64,000 nt of DNA from Armatimonadota bacterium (lineage in GTDB: Bacteria; Armatimonadota; HRBIN16): assembly GCA_963677485.1 (NCBI GenBank), contig OY781964.1:4416001-4480000 (forward strand). The letters run 5' to 3'. The notes under the pieces were generated by a model. It worked only from the letters and a program-made list of their open reading frames with translations, made no database searches and was not told the origin of the DNA. How positions within the stretch are numbered: position 1 is the first letter of the stretch; every line of letters starts with the position of its first letter. The translations under genes were made by a program, and so were the position numbers. Shown here piece after piece: positions 9,198 through 19,878 of this stretch.

Positions 9198-9291
9198 GGT
9201 TTGGGTTCCTTTACTTAATTACAGTCGGAGAGTCCGAGGCGATTGGTCGATTGAGTTCTAACTTCTAGCATATCACAAGACAGCCAGCAGA

Positions 9292-10059
9292 CTATCCGAA
9301 CCGACCGCGGATGTAATCATCTGTCTCACTACGATCGGGATTGGTAAACATCTTCGGCGTCTCTCCGAACTCCAGCAACTCACCCCTGAAGAAAAAGCCC
9401 GTCATTTCACTGCATCGTGCCGCCTGCTGCATGTTGTGAGTCACGATGATGATGGTATATTGTTGTTTCAACTCCTGCATCAGTTCTTCGATGCGGAAGG
9501 TGGCAGTAGGGTCTAGCGCAGAAGCGGGTTCATCCATCAACAATATGGCGGGTTCGACAGCCAGCGTGCGGGCAATGCACATCCGCTGCTGTTGGCCGCC
9601 TGATAATGCCATAGCCGACTGGTTCAGCTTATCCTTCACTTCATCCCACAGTGCGGCCTGCTGCAGGCTACGCTCCACGATTTGCAGCAGATCGGCTTTA
9701 CGCTTCATTCCGTGTACTCGAGGCCCATATGCCACATTGTCAAAGATGGACATTGGGAATGGATTCGGGCGTTGAAACACCATCCCGATATGTTTTCGCA
9801 GCGCGACTACATCCGTGTTTGGTGAGGTGATTTCTTCTCCCTCGATCATGATGCTGCCCAGAACACGTGTCCCTTCGATCAGGTCATTCATGCGGTTGAG
9901 CGAGCGTAAAAAAGTAGACTTCCCACATCCTGAGGGACCTATTAGCGCGGTGATCTGTCGCGGCTGGATGCTGATTGACACATTCTTGATGGCATGAAAA
10001 TCACCGTAATATACATTAACGTCCTTTGCCACCAATATTGGCTCAGGCTTTATCTCCAT
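9292..10059 (-). CDS. pstB: Phosphate ABC transporter ATPase PstB (alternative GTG start at 10140)
   Basis: [44 protein letters not shown]; GAGGA SD before ATG 10059. Confidence 0.96.
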   Translation of the reverse strand: MEIKPEPILVAKDVNVYYGDFHAIKNVSISIQPRQITALIGPSGCGKSTFLRSLNRMNDLIEGTRVLGSIMIEGEEITSPNTDVVALRKHIGMVFQRPNPFPMSIFDNVAYGPRVHGMKRKADLLQIVERSLQQAALWDEVKDKLNQSAMALSGGQQQRMCIARTLAVEPAILLMDEPASALDPTATFRIEELMQELKQQYTIIIVTHNMQQAARCSEMTGFFFRGELLEFGETPKMFTNPDRSETDDYIRGRFG

Positions 10060-10129
10060 TTGAATCCTCTCTTCAGCACGATTCCGTGTCTCAGGTAGAA
10101 TGAGGTTTTGTGTTGTCACTGTGCTCACC

Positions 10130-10984
10130 TTAGTGTCCACCTTGTTGCTGTTTGGTTGCCAACCTGGCTATGACGTTCAACCCTAGCACGATGATGATCA
10201 GCACCAGCGCCGCCGCCCAGGCCTGTCGATGCCAGTCAGCATACGGTGACTTTGCATACTCAAAAATCTGCACAGGTAGACTGGCCATAGGCCGATCAAT
10301 GTAGAAGTTCCAGAATCGGCTGCCTGCGGCCGTAAACAGCAGGGGAGCAGCTTCACCAAAAGACCGCGATACCGCCAGTATCAAACCGGTAGTGATACCG
10401 CCTTTGGCTGCGGGCATGACGACCGACCAGATCGTTCTTGCGGTGGTCGCTCCCAAACCCAGCGAGCCTTCCCGTAATGCGCGGGGAACAGTGCGTACCG
10501 CTTCTTCCGTGGTGCGGGTGATCACCGGGAGCATCAGAATCGCCAAAGCCACCGATCCGGCAAATGCCGAAAAGCCCTTCATTGGGACCACAATCAAGGA
10601 CCACACCGCGACACCTAACAAGATGCTGGGAACGCCATTCATCACGTCTGCCGAAAACCGCACTGCGTCCGCCCACTTGCCCTTGCCAAACTCGGCCAGG
10701 TAGATTCCGGCACTGATCGCTATAGGAGCCGCAATGGCAAGGGCTATCGATACCATGATGAAGCTGCCCACGACAGCCTGACCGATACCGCCGCCGAGTT
10801 CGCCAGGGGCCTTCGGCAGTTGAGTCAACAGGTCAAGGTTGATGGAACTGGCTCCTTGATACACTAGATAGCCCAGTATTAGAAAGACGGGTGTCATCAC
10901 CGTGATGGCTCCGACTGCGCACACGCCTAGCGCGATGTGGCTGCCGATTCGGCGTTGGCATTCAAACGAAGATAGTTTTTTCAT
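10130..10984 (-). CDS. pstA: Phosphate ABC transporter permease PstA
   Basis: [29 protein letters not shown]; pst operon context. Confidence 0.95.
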   Translation of the reverse strand: MKKLSSFECQRRIGSHIALGVCAVGAITVMTPVFLILGYLVYQGASSINLDLLTQLPKAPGELGGGIGQAVVGSFIMVSIALAIAAPIAISAGIYLAEFGKGKWADAVRFSADVMNGVPSILLGVAVWSLIVVPMKGFSAFAGSVALAILMLPVITRTTEEAVRTVPRALREGSLGLGATTARTIWSVVMPAAKGGITTGLILAVSRSFGEAAPLLFTAAGSRFWNFYIDRPMASLPVQIFEYAKSPYADWHRQAWAAALVLIIIVLGLNVIARLATKQQQGGH

Positions 10985-11940
10985 GCTGTTTTATCTCCCG
11001 ACTTCGTGACGCGCCATATCAGCATTCGAGCGATGATGTTGATTATCAGTGTGATGACCAACAGACAAAGTCCTATGGTGCTTAAGGAGCTATAGTGCAA
11101 CACCGCATCGGCCTCACTGAACTCATTCGCGATCACACTGGCCATCGTATAGCCTGGCTGGAAAAGGCTCATGCTGATGCTTGGCCTGTTTCCGATGACC
11201 ATAGTCACAGCCATGGTTTCGCCCACCGCACGTCCATATCCCAGCATGATCGCCGCGAAAATCCCCACACGCGAGTATCGCAGCACAATGTGCCGGATCG
11301 TCTCCCAGCGAGTGGCTCCCAAGCCCATCGATGCCTCGCGCTGGCTCTGAGGGCAGGACGAAATGACATCGCGGGCGACGGCGGTGATGTACGGTATGAC
11401 CATGATGGCCAGCACCAGTATGGCGGATAGCATACTGGAGCCGATAGCTGGGCCTTCAAAGATGGCTATATGGCCAAACTTGGTTGACAATGGCAACTGG
11501 ACATACTTTTGCAGCAGTGGGATGAGCACATAGATCGCCCATAACCCGTACACAACAGATGGGATCGCTGCTAGCAACTCCACCATGAAGGAGATCGGTC
11601 TTTTCATCCACGAAGGTGCTATCTCAGATATGAAGATCGCAGTCGCCAGGCTGAACGGAATCGCGATACATAGCGCAAGAATTGATGTCACGAGTGTGCC
11701 AAAAATGAACGGCAGACTGCCAAATACGTTGGCTACAGGGTTCCAGACGCTGGTGGTGAAGAACCGCCAGCCAAACTGAAGCAAGGCTGGCCTGGAGGAT
11801 TGGTAGACCTGGACTGAGATGAACACAATTGTGGCGATGACAGTAAAGGCTGCCACGGCGGTTCCCATGCGGAACAAACTGTCAGTCAGCTTATTCCGCA
11901 TGGCACTAGTCTTCCTACCTGCTTGCATCGATTGGTGCAT
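10981..11940 (-). CDS. pstC: Phosphate ABC transporter permease PstC
   Basis: ELLAAIPSVVYGLW, GATRWETI, GRAVGETMAV, IANEFSEA. Confidence 0.95.
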   Translation of the reverse strand: MHQSMQAGRKTSAMRNKLTDSLFRMGTAVAAFTVIATIVFISVQVYQSSRPALLQFGWRFFTTSVWNPVANVFGSLPFIFGTLVTSILALCIAIPFSLATAIFISEIAPSWMKRPISFMVELLAAIPSVVYGLWAIYVLIPLLQKYVQLPLSTKFGHIAIFEGPAIGSSMLSAILVLAIMVIPYITAVARDVISSCPQSQREASMGLGATRWETIRHIVLRYSRVGIFAAIMLGYGRAVGETMAVTMVIGNRPSISMSLFQPGYTMASVIANEFSEADAVLHYSSLSTIGLCLLVITLIINIIARMLIWRVTKSGDKTA

Positions 11941-11943
11941 GAA

Positions 11944-12975
11944 CTAGTTGCTCTTTAGCAACTGCTGTGCTAGCGCGGCTACTTCTGGGTGCAGAGGCAC
12001 ATAGTCCAGGTCAGCCGCCAGCTTTTGCCCGTCGGTGAGTACCCAGTTGAAGTAGCCGGTGATCTCCTTTGAGCTGCCTTTGTATAGAAGCACGTATACC
12101 ATCCCAGAGATCGGGTAGCTTTCCTCACCAGACATGTTCACCAGGCTGCTGCGGATGTCTTTCTTCAGCAAGTCAATACCTGCCGCTGTCGCGGCTGCAC
12201 CGGATTTGCTGGACGGGACCACATATTTACCGGCGGCATTTTCCACACTGGCGGTTTGGAGTTTGTTCTGCTTAGCATAAGCTAGCTCTACGTATCCTAT
12301 TGCACCGACCGTCTGCTGAACCTGGTTAGTGACGCCTTCATTACCTTTAGCGCCGACACCGACCGGCCATTGCACGGCTTTGCCTTTACCAACTTTAGCC
12401 TTCCATTCAGGACTGACATTACTCAAAAAGTCGGTGACAATGTAGGTCGTTCCGCTTCCGTCGCTGCGATGAGCTAGAACGATAGGGGTTGATGGCAACT
12501 TCAAGCCAGCGTTCGCTGCTGCGATGGCCGGGTCATTCCATGTTTTGATAGAACCCAGGAAAATGCCTGCCACTACCTTTTGGGACAGGTTGAGGGGTTG
12601 TTTCACTTCCGGCAGGTTATATACCAAAGCCACAGTACCAGCGATCACAGGGAATTGGATGAATGGCTTTGTGACCTCACTCACAGCCTTGTCATCAAGG
12701 GCCACGTCGGTGGCACCGAATTGCACTGTGTTACTTTTGAACTGCTTGATACCGCCACCGCTGCCGATGCTCTGGTAGTCCACTTTCAAACCGTTAGAGG
12801 CAGCATAGTCCTGCGACCATTTCGCCATGATGGGATACACGAATGTGGAGCCAGCTCCGACTACCGTTTGGCCGCCTGCATTACTACCTTGCGAACCAGG
12901 TTTCGGAGCGCAGCCAACAACCAAAAGTGTGGCTAATGCGCAGATGGCTGGTAACCTATATCCGAGTGTTTGCAT
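11944..12975 (-). CDS. pstS: Phosphate-binding lipoprotein PstS
   Basis: Lipobox VVGC, GAGSTF, YQSIGSGGG, RSDGSGTT, GKGNEGV-like GAKGNEGV. Confidence 0.96.
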   Translation of the reverse strand: MQTLGYRLPAICALATLLVVGCAPKPGSQGSNAGGQTVVGAGSTFVYPIMAKWSQDYAASNGLKVDYQSIGSGGGIKQFKSNTVQFGATDVALDDKAVSEVTKPFIQFPVIAGTVALVYNLPEVKQPLNLSQKVVAGIFLGSIKTWNDPAIAAANAGLKLPSTPIVLAHRSDGSGTTYIVTDFLSNVSPEWKAKVGKGKAVQWPVGVGAKGNEGVTNQVQQTVGAIGYVELAYAKQNKLQTASVENAAGKYVVPSSKSGAAATAAGIDLLKKDIRSSLVNMSGEESYPISGMVYVLLYKGSSKEITGYFNWVLTDGQKLAADLDYVPLHPEVAALAQQLLKSN

Positions 12976-13040
12976 ATTAATCTCCTGAGAGGTTGAAAAC
13001 TCTGATCTTTCGATCTTACAACATTAAGATACATTCGGAT

Positions 13041-13057
13041 TATTAAGGCTATGTTAA
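13041..13057 (-). promoter_or_regulatory. Candidate Pho box (TTAACA-N5-TTAATA direct repeat) upstream of pstS
   Basis: 11-bp-period hexamer repeat resembling the PhoP/SphR-type TTAACA repeat, directly upstream of pstS. Confidence 0.5.
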
Positions 13058-13132
13058 CACAGCCTGGTTTTAGGCGGATGGAGGGCAATTAAGTTTGAGT
13101 GAGGCTGGTAATTCACGATGTTGACGAAGAGC

Positions 13133-14350
13133 CTATTCCATATACCGTGAGTGGGTGGGGTATTTACGGTGCCCTTGTAACTGTACGAATATGCTGATGA
13201 ACATCAATATCGAGCTGATCATGAATATGCCGTGCATAGACATAATATTGTGCTGATACAGAAAGGCCCCGATGAACGGGCATGTGATTCCCCGAAGACC
13301 CATGAGGGTGAGGAAAACGGCCTGGTAACTGGTGACACGTTCTTTAGGTGCATACGCAAGCACGCCGCTTAAATACGCCAGTTCAAATCCTGCGTTTGCA
13401 ATGCCTGATATGACAAATACTGGTATCAACATCCAGGCGTGTGTAGCCAGGCAATATCCCAGGGGGATCAGTGCATAGATAAACGCGAGGATGGCGGTCG
13501 CTAGTGTGGGCGTTTTACGGTCAATGAAATGTCCCCAGTAGGCATATGCGAAGATCGCCGCTAACTGGGATATGATGGTATACCATCCGCTCCACACCAT
13601 GTCGACATGTAGCTTGTCTACCTGGTATAGAACAAAAATCGGCAGTGCCAGTAGATTAGCTCCGCCCGATATGAAAATACCAAGACAGAACCATCCATAT
13701 CCTGGGTTATCCTTAAGAGCCGAAACTGCATTGTGTATGAAGGTCCATATTGGCACACTGCGGTCGCCCGATCTGTCTTCGGACTTGATGAACGAGAAGC
13801 AGATACCAGCCGCCATTCCAAACAATCCCGCGATGGCAAATACCGTGCGGAAAAGTGAATGGTTGTTTAGAATTGGTCCAGCCAGGGCCGTCACAGTCAG
13901 GCCGACGATCACTTGGCCGGTCCGCACATACCCGATCACTTTCGCTCTGCAGTGGGTCGGGTATATTTCGTTCATCACCGCCGAATAGGCTGGTCCGCAC
14001 AGCGTCATGATGAGCCAGTATGCGGCGACGATTGTGACATAGATCACGCTGGTGCGCGCGAAAATCATCAACAGCAGCAGACTGCTTGCCAGTACATTCG
14101 ACCAGACCACGACGGGTTTCTTTCGTCTTCCCTCGATCGAGTGTGCGGCGAAAATCGCTAGAATATACCCCATCACCGGAGCCATCGTGATGATACTAAG
14201 CTGCATAGGGGATGCATGAAGCACCAATCGCGCCACAACAGGCACAAAGGGCACAGTCAATCCTGTCATCACTGCACCCAGCATTGCGGCTGTTGAGTCC
14301 TTCATGTAGGCATCGAGTGCCACAGAAGGAACGAATTTCTTGAAAATCAC
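13133..14350 (-). CDS. MFS transporter (paralog 2)
   Basis: About 12 hydrophobic segments; closely similar to 14590-15801; GTG start. Confidence 0.85.
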   Translation of the reverse strand: MIFKKFVPSVALDAYMKDSTAAMLGAVMTGLTVPFVPVVARLVLHASPMQLSIITMAPVMGYILAIFAAHSIEGRRKKPVVVWSNVLASSLLLLMIFARTSVIYVTIVAAYWLIMTLCGPAYSAVMNEIYPTHCRAKVIGYVRTGQVIVGLTVTALAGPILNNHSLFRTVFAIAGLFGMAAGICFSFIKSEDRSGDRSVPIWTFIHNAVSALKDNPGYGWFCLGIFISGGANLLALPIFVLYQVDKLHVDMVWSGWYTIISQLAAIFAYAYWGHFIDRKTPTLATAILAFIYALIPLGYCLATHAWMLIPVFVISGIANAGFELAYLSGVLAYAPKERVTSYQAVFLTLMGLRGITCPFIGAFLYQHNIMSMHGIFMISSILMFISIFVQLQGHRKYPTHSRYME

Positions 14351-14473
14351 GATAGATAAGTGTCCCTTATACCGAGATGGTCCAGAACGAAATCAGGCAA
14401 AGATGCGGTCAGCAAGGCAAAACGATGATAAATGGCTTGCAGAACTTGCCATATTTTGAAGCAGCGACGTCGA

Positions 14474-14514
14474 GTCACTAAAGCTGTTTTACCGCGTCGG
14501 TGTGTGAATTGCAA
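14474..14514 (-). promoter_or_regulatory. Putative sigma70 promoter TTGCAA-N17-TAAAAC, conserved with the paralog upstream region
   Basis: Aligns with 15842-15882, including the downstream ttagtgac. Confidence 0.5.
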
Positions 14515-14589
14515 ATGAGTGCAATGGAGCCCTATCAATAAACTGCATTGCTGGAGTGGGGTATCCACGGATAGGTCTGCGTGGGTTTG

Positions 14590-15801
14590 TCAGATATCTC
14601 GTTCGATGGGCGGGAATCTGCGGTGTCCGACCAGTTGGACGGCTACGCTCACGATCATCAGTAATGAACAGAGGATGAATATGCCATGCATGCTCATGTA
14701 GTGATGCTGATAGAGGTACGAGCCGAGGAAGGGGAAGATGATGCCTCTCAAGCCCATCAGACTTAGGAAAACCGCTTGGTAACTGGTGACCTTATCTGGC
14801 GGAGCGTATGACAGCACTCCAGAGATGTAAGCAAGTTCGTAACCAGGGTTGATGATCCCGAACAGTATAAATACCGGAATCAACATCCAGGCCTGTGTCG
14901 CAACGCAGTAGACGACAGGCACGAAGGCGAACACGAGTGAGATGATCGCCACGGCGAGGGTAGGTGACTTACGGTCAATGAAATGGCCCCAGAAGGCATA
15001 CGTGAAGACCGCGGTTATCTGAGCAATGATGGCAAACCAGCTCGCCCAAACCATGTCCACATGAAGTTTATCAACCTGGTATAGCACGTATATTGGTGTC
15101 GCCATGAAGTTTGCTCCACCAGATATAAATATGCCCCAACAGAACCATCCGTATCCCGGGTTGTCACGCAATACCAGCCACGCGCTTCGCAGAAATTGGT
15201 GGAGCGGGACGCTGGACTCGCCGCTGCGGTCGGTGGCCTTAATGCGAGAGAAGCATATTCCGGAGCCGATTCCAAATAGTGCGGCAAGCGAGAACACGTA
15301 ACGGTAGTCCACCTTCTTTAACAGCGGACCTGCTATCGCTGTGACAAGTATCCCTACCAACACCATGCCGATTCGCACATACCCAATGATCTTTGCTCTG
15401 CTGCTGCTTGGGTATATCTCTTTCATCACGGCCGAATAGGCCGGCCCAGACATGGCCAGCAGAATGAAAAACCCGGCGATGATGGTCACAAAAACCGCAC
15501 TGGTGTGAGCGAACATCATCAGCATCAACAGGCTGCAAGCCACTATATTGACCCAGACCACAATGGGCTTTTTGGCTCTGCCCTCAGCCGCGTGAGCGGC
15601 CAGAATTGATAACACGTAGCCGGCCACAGGAGCCATGGTGATGACACTGATCTGGATGGCACTTGCATGAAGTATCTGACGGGCAACGATGGGGAAGAAG
15701 GGCACAGTTAATCCTGACATAGTGGCTGCCATCATTCCGGCAGATGAATCCATTATGTATGCGTCACGCGCTTCAGGGGGCACCAGATTTTTGAATATCA
15801 A
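14590..15801 (-). CDS. MFS transporter (paralog 1)
   Basis: About 12 TM segments; GPAYSAVMxEIYP, LYQVDKLHVDMVW and VTSYQAVFL shared with the neighbour; TTG start. Confidence 0.85.
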   Translation of the reverse strand: MIFKNLVPPEARDAYIMDSSAGMMAATMSGLTVPFFPIVARQILHASAIQISVITMAPVAGYVLSILAAHAAEGRAKKPIVVWVNIVACSLLMLMMFAHTSAVFVTIIAGFFILLAMSGPAYSAVMKEIYPSSSRAKIIGYVRIGMVLVGILVTAIAGPLLKKVDYRYVFSLAALFGIGSGICFSRIKATDRSGESSVPLHQFLRSAWLVLRDNPGYGWFCWGIFISGGANFMATPIYVLYQVDKLHVDMVWASWFAIIAQITAVFTYAFWGHFIDRKSPTLAVAIISLVFAFVPVVYCVATQAWMLIPVFILFGIINPGYELAYISGVLSYAPPDKVTSYQAVFLSLMGLRGIIFPFLGSYLYQHHYMSMHGIFILCSLLMIVSVAVQLVGHRRFPPIERDI

Positions 15802-15841
15802 TTAGGTTTGGATACCTTGTTGCATGTCATGTTGTTGGTCT

Positions 15842-15882
15842 GTCACTAAGGCCTTTGTACCGCGGATGGTTGTGATTTACAA
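15842..15882 (-). promoter_or_regulatory. Putative sigma70 promoter TTGTAA-N17-TACAAA
   Basis: Aligns with 14474-14514. Confidence 0.5.
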
Positions 15883-16037
15883 GCATTGGCCATGATTGGC
15901 ACATCACCACACAGTTGGTAACGGAGTTGGGCACCCTGAACAGATCGAAATCTGTTTTATTTGATGCAGGTGTGTTCTATAGTTTTGGGGAATGATATAC
16001 TGAAATATATGTAAAAAGTATACTACTGAGGAGTCTC

Positions 16038-16427
16038 ATGCAAATACTGAACCAACTGAAATTCGACTCAAACGGCCTGATCCCCGCTATAGCTCAGGAT
16101 GCCATCACTGGCGAAGTCTTGATGGTAGCCTACATGAATGAAGCGGCTGTGAGAGCTACCATAGAAACAAAAAAAGCGACATACTGGAGCCGCTCACGTC
16201 AGAAGTTCTGGATTAAAGGCGAGAGCAGCGGCCATTTCCAGATTGTAAAAAGTATGTATGTCGACTGCGACCAAGACTGTATTCTTTTGAAGATCGATCA
16301 GAAGGGTGCTGCATGCCACACCGGCTTCAGGAGCTGCTTCTATAGGAAACTAGATGATGCAGGGAATGAGCTGATCACAGAGGGTGAAGCATTAGTGGAT
16401 CCCGAAAAGGTCTATGGCAAGAAGTAA
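16038..16427 (+). CDS. hisI: Phosphoribosyl-AMP cyclohydrolase
   Basis: [41 protein letters not shown]. Confidence 0.97.
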   Translation: MQILNQLKFDSNGLIPAIAQDAITGEVLMVAYMNEAAVRATIETKKATYWSRSRQKFWIKGESSGHFQIVKSMYVDCDQDCILLKIDQKGAACHTGFRSCFYRKLDDAGNELITEGEALVDPEKVYGKK

Positions 16428-16453
16428 CTACCGCCAACACGGCACCAAATCAC

Positions 16454-16485
16454 CATCCGGCTTGTGCATGAGCACTAGCCGGATG
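16454..16485. terminator. Hairpin downstream of hisI (possible terminator or processing site)
   Basis: catccggct/agccggatg stem plus inner gtgc/gcac; no clear U-tract. Confidence 0.35.
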
Positions 16486-16555
16486 TGGCATACACCCTGC
16501 TACGCGACAAGTCATACTAGTTGGTAAACGGTAGACAGGGGAAGAGAGGAGTGAG

Positions 16556-18295
16556 ATGGGTAACGTAAAGCGTCTTCTGCAGTATTTACAGCCTTATCGC
16601 GTGAGGGTCATCATATCGGTACTGCTGATGGGACTTGTGACATTTAGCCAAGTACCCATTCCGTTATTGTTCGAGCGGTTATTCGACGAAGTCTTTCCGA
16701 AGAACGACCTTGTTGGCTTACGACAGGTCGTCATGATGTTCCTGGGTGTCTATCTTTTTCGTGGCATTGCCTCATATTCGCTTAACTACATCATTAACTG
16801 GCTTGGCCAGAGGTTGGTGTTCGACCTCCGTTTTCAAAGCTACCGGCATCTTAATCGATTGTCATTAAGCTTCTACGACCAGCGGCAAACAGGCAAAATT
16901 ATGGCTCGTTTGCATGGTGATATAGAAGTCATCCAGCAGATGATGACCGGCGGAATTGTCACGCTCATTACAGATATCGTGACACTCTTTGCGGTCACTG
17001 GAGTGATGTTTTATAAGGATTGGCGGTTAGCCTGCGTGGCGATCGCCGTCGTACCGTTCTATGTCCTAAACTACAAGTTCTTTATTAAGTATATCCGTGA
17101 AGTCAGTATTGAGCTTCGCGAAAAGTGGGACTCGATGGTCGGTATTCTGCATGAACGAATTGCTGGCATCAACGTGGTGAAAGCCTTCGTCCGTGAAGAA
17201 TACGAAACGACTCAGTTCATGACGACTGTGAAAGAAAACTTCGACTTGGGTATGAGACAAGTCCACCTGAACCGCCAGTTAGGTCTGGGAGCTTCGGTAT
17301 TCCGAGCCTTTGGTACGGCCGCGGTGTGGTATTTCGGTGCGAAGTTCGTGATTGGCCGGCAACTGCAGGTTGGTGAGTTGATTGCCTTCACCAGTTTCAT
17401 GGGGTACCTGTATGACCCGGCTGTACGTGTTGTGGACTTTAACATTGCGCTGCAATGGGCGGGAGCTGCTATCGACCGTGTGTTCGAAACCCTGGACACA
17501 AGGCCGGAAGTGGATGATGCACCCGATAGCGAAGCACTTCCGGATGTGAAGGGCTCTATTGAGTTCCGCAATGTCAAGTTCCAGTATCGGCCTAACAGCA
17601 CGGTATTACATGACTTGAACTTCAAAATACTGCCTGGAGAGACCGTGGCTATTGTGGGGCAGAGCGGCTCAGGGAAAACTACCCTGGTCAATCTGATCGC
17701 CCGATTTTATGATGTGAGCAGCGGAGAGGTCATGATAGACGGTCATGATGTGCGCAAGGTGAAGCTGGAGAGTATCCGGCGGCACATCGGCATGGTGATG
17801 CAGGATTCACTGCTGTTTTCGGTTAGCATCCGCGAGAATATATCTTATGGTAAACGCAGGGCGACGCTTCAGGATGTAGTACGGGCATCAAGCGAGGCTG
17901 ACCTGCATGATTTCATCATGACACTGCCCGATGCTTATGACACACGCATAGGTGAGGACGGTATCAAACTGTCTGTTGGACAGAAGCAGCGCTTGAGTAT
18001 CGCCCGTGCGGTGCTGACCGACCCGCGGATTTTGATACTGGATGATGCAACCAGCGCCTTGGACAGCCAGACCGAAGCCCATGTGCAGGAATCCCTTGAG
18101 CACTTGATGAAGGGCCGAACGAACGTCGTGATCGCCCACCGCCTGTCTACCATTGTCAATGCGGACAGAATCCTCGTGATACATGAGGGACGGCTGGTTG
18201 ATCAAGGCACCCATGCAGAGTTAGTGGCCCGCGAGGGTATCTACAAGGATCTTTACGAAGAGCAGTTCAAGTCGGCTCTGGAGAGCCTGGAGTAG
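16556..18295 (+). CDS. ABC exporter, fused permease/ATPase (MsbA/Sav1866-like)
   Basis: TM domain plus GQSGSGKT, LSVGQKQR, ILDDATSALD, IAHRLST. Confidence 0.92.
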   Translation: MGNVKRLLQYLQPYRVRVIISVLLMGLVTFSQVPIPLLFERLFDEVFPKNDLVGLRQVVMMFLGVYLFRGIASYSLNYIINWLGQRLVFDLRFQSYRHLNRLSLSFYDQRQTGKIMARLHGDIEVIQQMMTGGIVTLITDIVTLFAVTGVMFYKDWRLACVAIAVVPFYVLNYKFFIKYIREVSIELREKWDSMVGILHERIAGINVVKAFVREEYETTQFMTTVKENFDLGMRQVHLNRQLGLGASVFRAFGTAAVWYFGAKFVIGRQLQVGELIAFTSFMGYLYDPAVRVVDFNIALQWAGAAIDRVFETLDTRPEVDDAPDSEALPDVKGSIEFRNVKFQYRPNSTVLHDLNFKILPGETVAIVGQSGSGKTTLVNLIARFYDVSSGEVMIDGHDVRKVKLESIRRHIGMVMQDSLLFSVSIRENISYGKRRATLQDVVRASSEADLHDFIMTLPDAYDTRIGEDGIKLSVGQKQRLSIARAVLTDPRILILDDATSALDSQTEAHVQESLEHLMKGRTNVVIAHRLSTIVNADRILVIHEGRLVDQGTHAELVAREGIYKDLYEEQFKSALESLE

Positions 18296-18361
18296 GCGCT
18301 CGTAGAGGTTGAAGGGTTGTTTATTGGCCGCCAATACAGATGGGAGTCGTACCGTTCATGT

Positions 18362-18645
18362 GCCGCGACATAGATGTCTCGGCTCTTGATCAAAAATGCC
18401 CGCCCGTGCATGCACCGCAGCCCAGGCTGTAACTGATACGGTCGTAGGGGCGTCCCTTGTGGGCGCCCTAAAACCAAAACTATCGAATCAGCAACGATTA
18501 GGGCGCCCACAAAGGACGCCCCTACGACCAAGCTATATACAAGCCCGGTAAACCGGGCTGCGGAGCTCCTTGCCGACAAAGATAACGTTAATGAAGACTG
18601 TTTCAGCAGGCTTAGTGTTCAATAGCCGAGACATTTATGTCGCGG
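18362..18645. repeat. Nested REP/REPIN-like palindromic element
   Basis: Inner 32-bp IR 18440-18471/18498-18529 of GTAG-GGGCG..CGCCC type (1 mismatch); outer 27-bp IR 18363-18389/18619-18645 (2 mismatches). Confidence 0.8.
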
Positions 18646-18733
18646 AATCGGTGACCTACTGGCCATGCAATATTTGTGGGTAATAGACTGGGGCTTTCAG
18701 CCCGCGGCAGGGCGACCATCGATTTAGGGGCAG

Positions 18734-19789
18734 CTAATCGCCTGCGCAGAGCTGTCTGTAGAACCCGATCACCTTGGACACATAAGCCTGCGTCTCTTTA
18801 TACGGGGGAACGCCTCCGTATTTTTTGACGGCACGGGCACCCGCATTATATGCAGCCATTGTCAACACAATATGTTTCCAACTGGCGGCATCTTTGGCGC
18901 CAACCTTGGCTGCGTAGTTCCCCAGATGACCCCTCAACAATTTGATGCTGCCGTAGAGGTTCTGTCTGGGGTCCAGAGGGTTGCCTACACCAAGCCCGTT
19001 GGCGGTGCGGGGCATGAGCTGACCGAGGCCTGTCGCTCCGACTCGGCTGATTGCATCCGGGCGGAAACGGCTTTCAGCAAGTATCATCGCCACGACTAGA
19101 CGAGGATCCACGCCGAACATTTGGCTGTAGGATAGCAGGCTGTGCGTGATCAGTTCAGCTTGTTCGTCGCTAAGGCGAGGGTTGAACCCGCGTATGGCTT
19201 TTAAGTAAGCTGGATAGACCGGCATATAACTTGCATTCGTGTTGTGTCGGGAAACCAGCCGTGTAGTCGGGCGGCGGATCACGGCCTGTGGTTTGATTGC
19301 AGTCTTTTTTGAAGCCAGAGCTTTGGCATCGTGAGATGTAATTTGCTGCTCTAGTTCCGATACTTCTGCTGGTGCTGCGTGTGCAAGAAGCATCAGTGAA
19401 CCTGTACTGCTATCGGTAGAAAATAGAACCCTGTAGTTCATTCCAATGTGAGGGGCTGCGGCCTCATTTAACAGTTTTGGATAATAGGTGATTCCTGGCT
19501 TGGTCATACTTTTCATAGTGACCAGATAATGTCCATCGGGACAGGGACCTACCCCTATGATGGTGACATCATCTTCACGCCATTTACCGTCTAGAGTGTT
19601 TCGGAGGGCGAGGTATTTCTGAGCGGAGAGCTGCTGCCCATCTGCTGTGATCTGACTTTCCACTGTTGCATCCGCCATCGCTATCTGTGACGGGTTGCCA
19701 GCAACAATGCACGAAAATGCCACAGTTGCTGTCAGGATGAAACGTCTGATTTTGGAACATGAGTGGGTAAACATGCAATACTCCATCAT
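18734..19789 (-). CDS. Exported lytic transglycosylase (C-terminal SLT domain)
   Basis: AESRFRPDAISRVGATGLGQLMP, AAYNAG, GGVPPYKETQAYV; N-terminal signal peptide. Confidence 0.9.
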   Translation of the reverse strand: MMEYCMFTHSCSKIRRFILTATVAFSCIVAGNPSQIAMADATVESQITADGQQLSAQKYLALRNTLDGKWREDDVTIIGVGPCPDGHYLVTMKSMTKPGITYYPKLLNEAAAPHIGMNYRVLFSTDSSTGSLMLLAHAAPAEVSELEQQITSHDAKALASKKTAIKPQAVIRRPTTRLVSRHNTNASYMPVYPAYLKAIRGFNPRLSDEQAELITHSLLSYSQMFGVDPRLVVAMILAESRFRPDAISRVGATGLGQLMPRTANGLGVGNPLDPRQNLYGSIKLLRGHLGNYAAKVGAKDAASWKHIVLTMAAYNAGARAVKKYGGVPPYKETQAYVSKVIGFYRQLCAGD

Positions 19790-19878
19790 TTGATACTAGT
19801 ATACCAACTCAGAAGGATATAATGGTAATAGGAGCTTTTATCTTTATGCAAATTAAGGTAATTGCAGTGGGAGTAGAA

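Noticed and set aside
9226-9236. 11-bp match (cggagagtccg) to the 3' end of tRNA-Ser, a possible att site
   Set aside because: Too short, lies between pstB and phoU, would enclose core genes, and no integrase is present; likely chance
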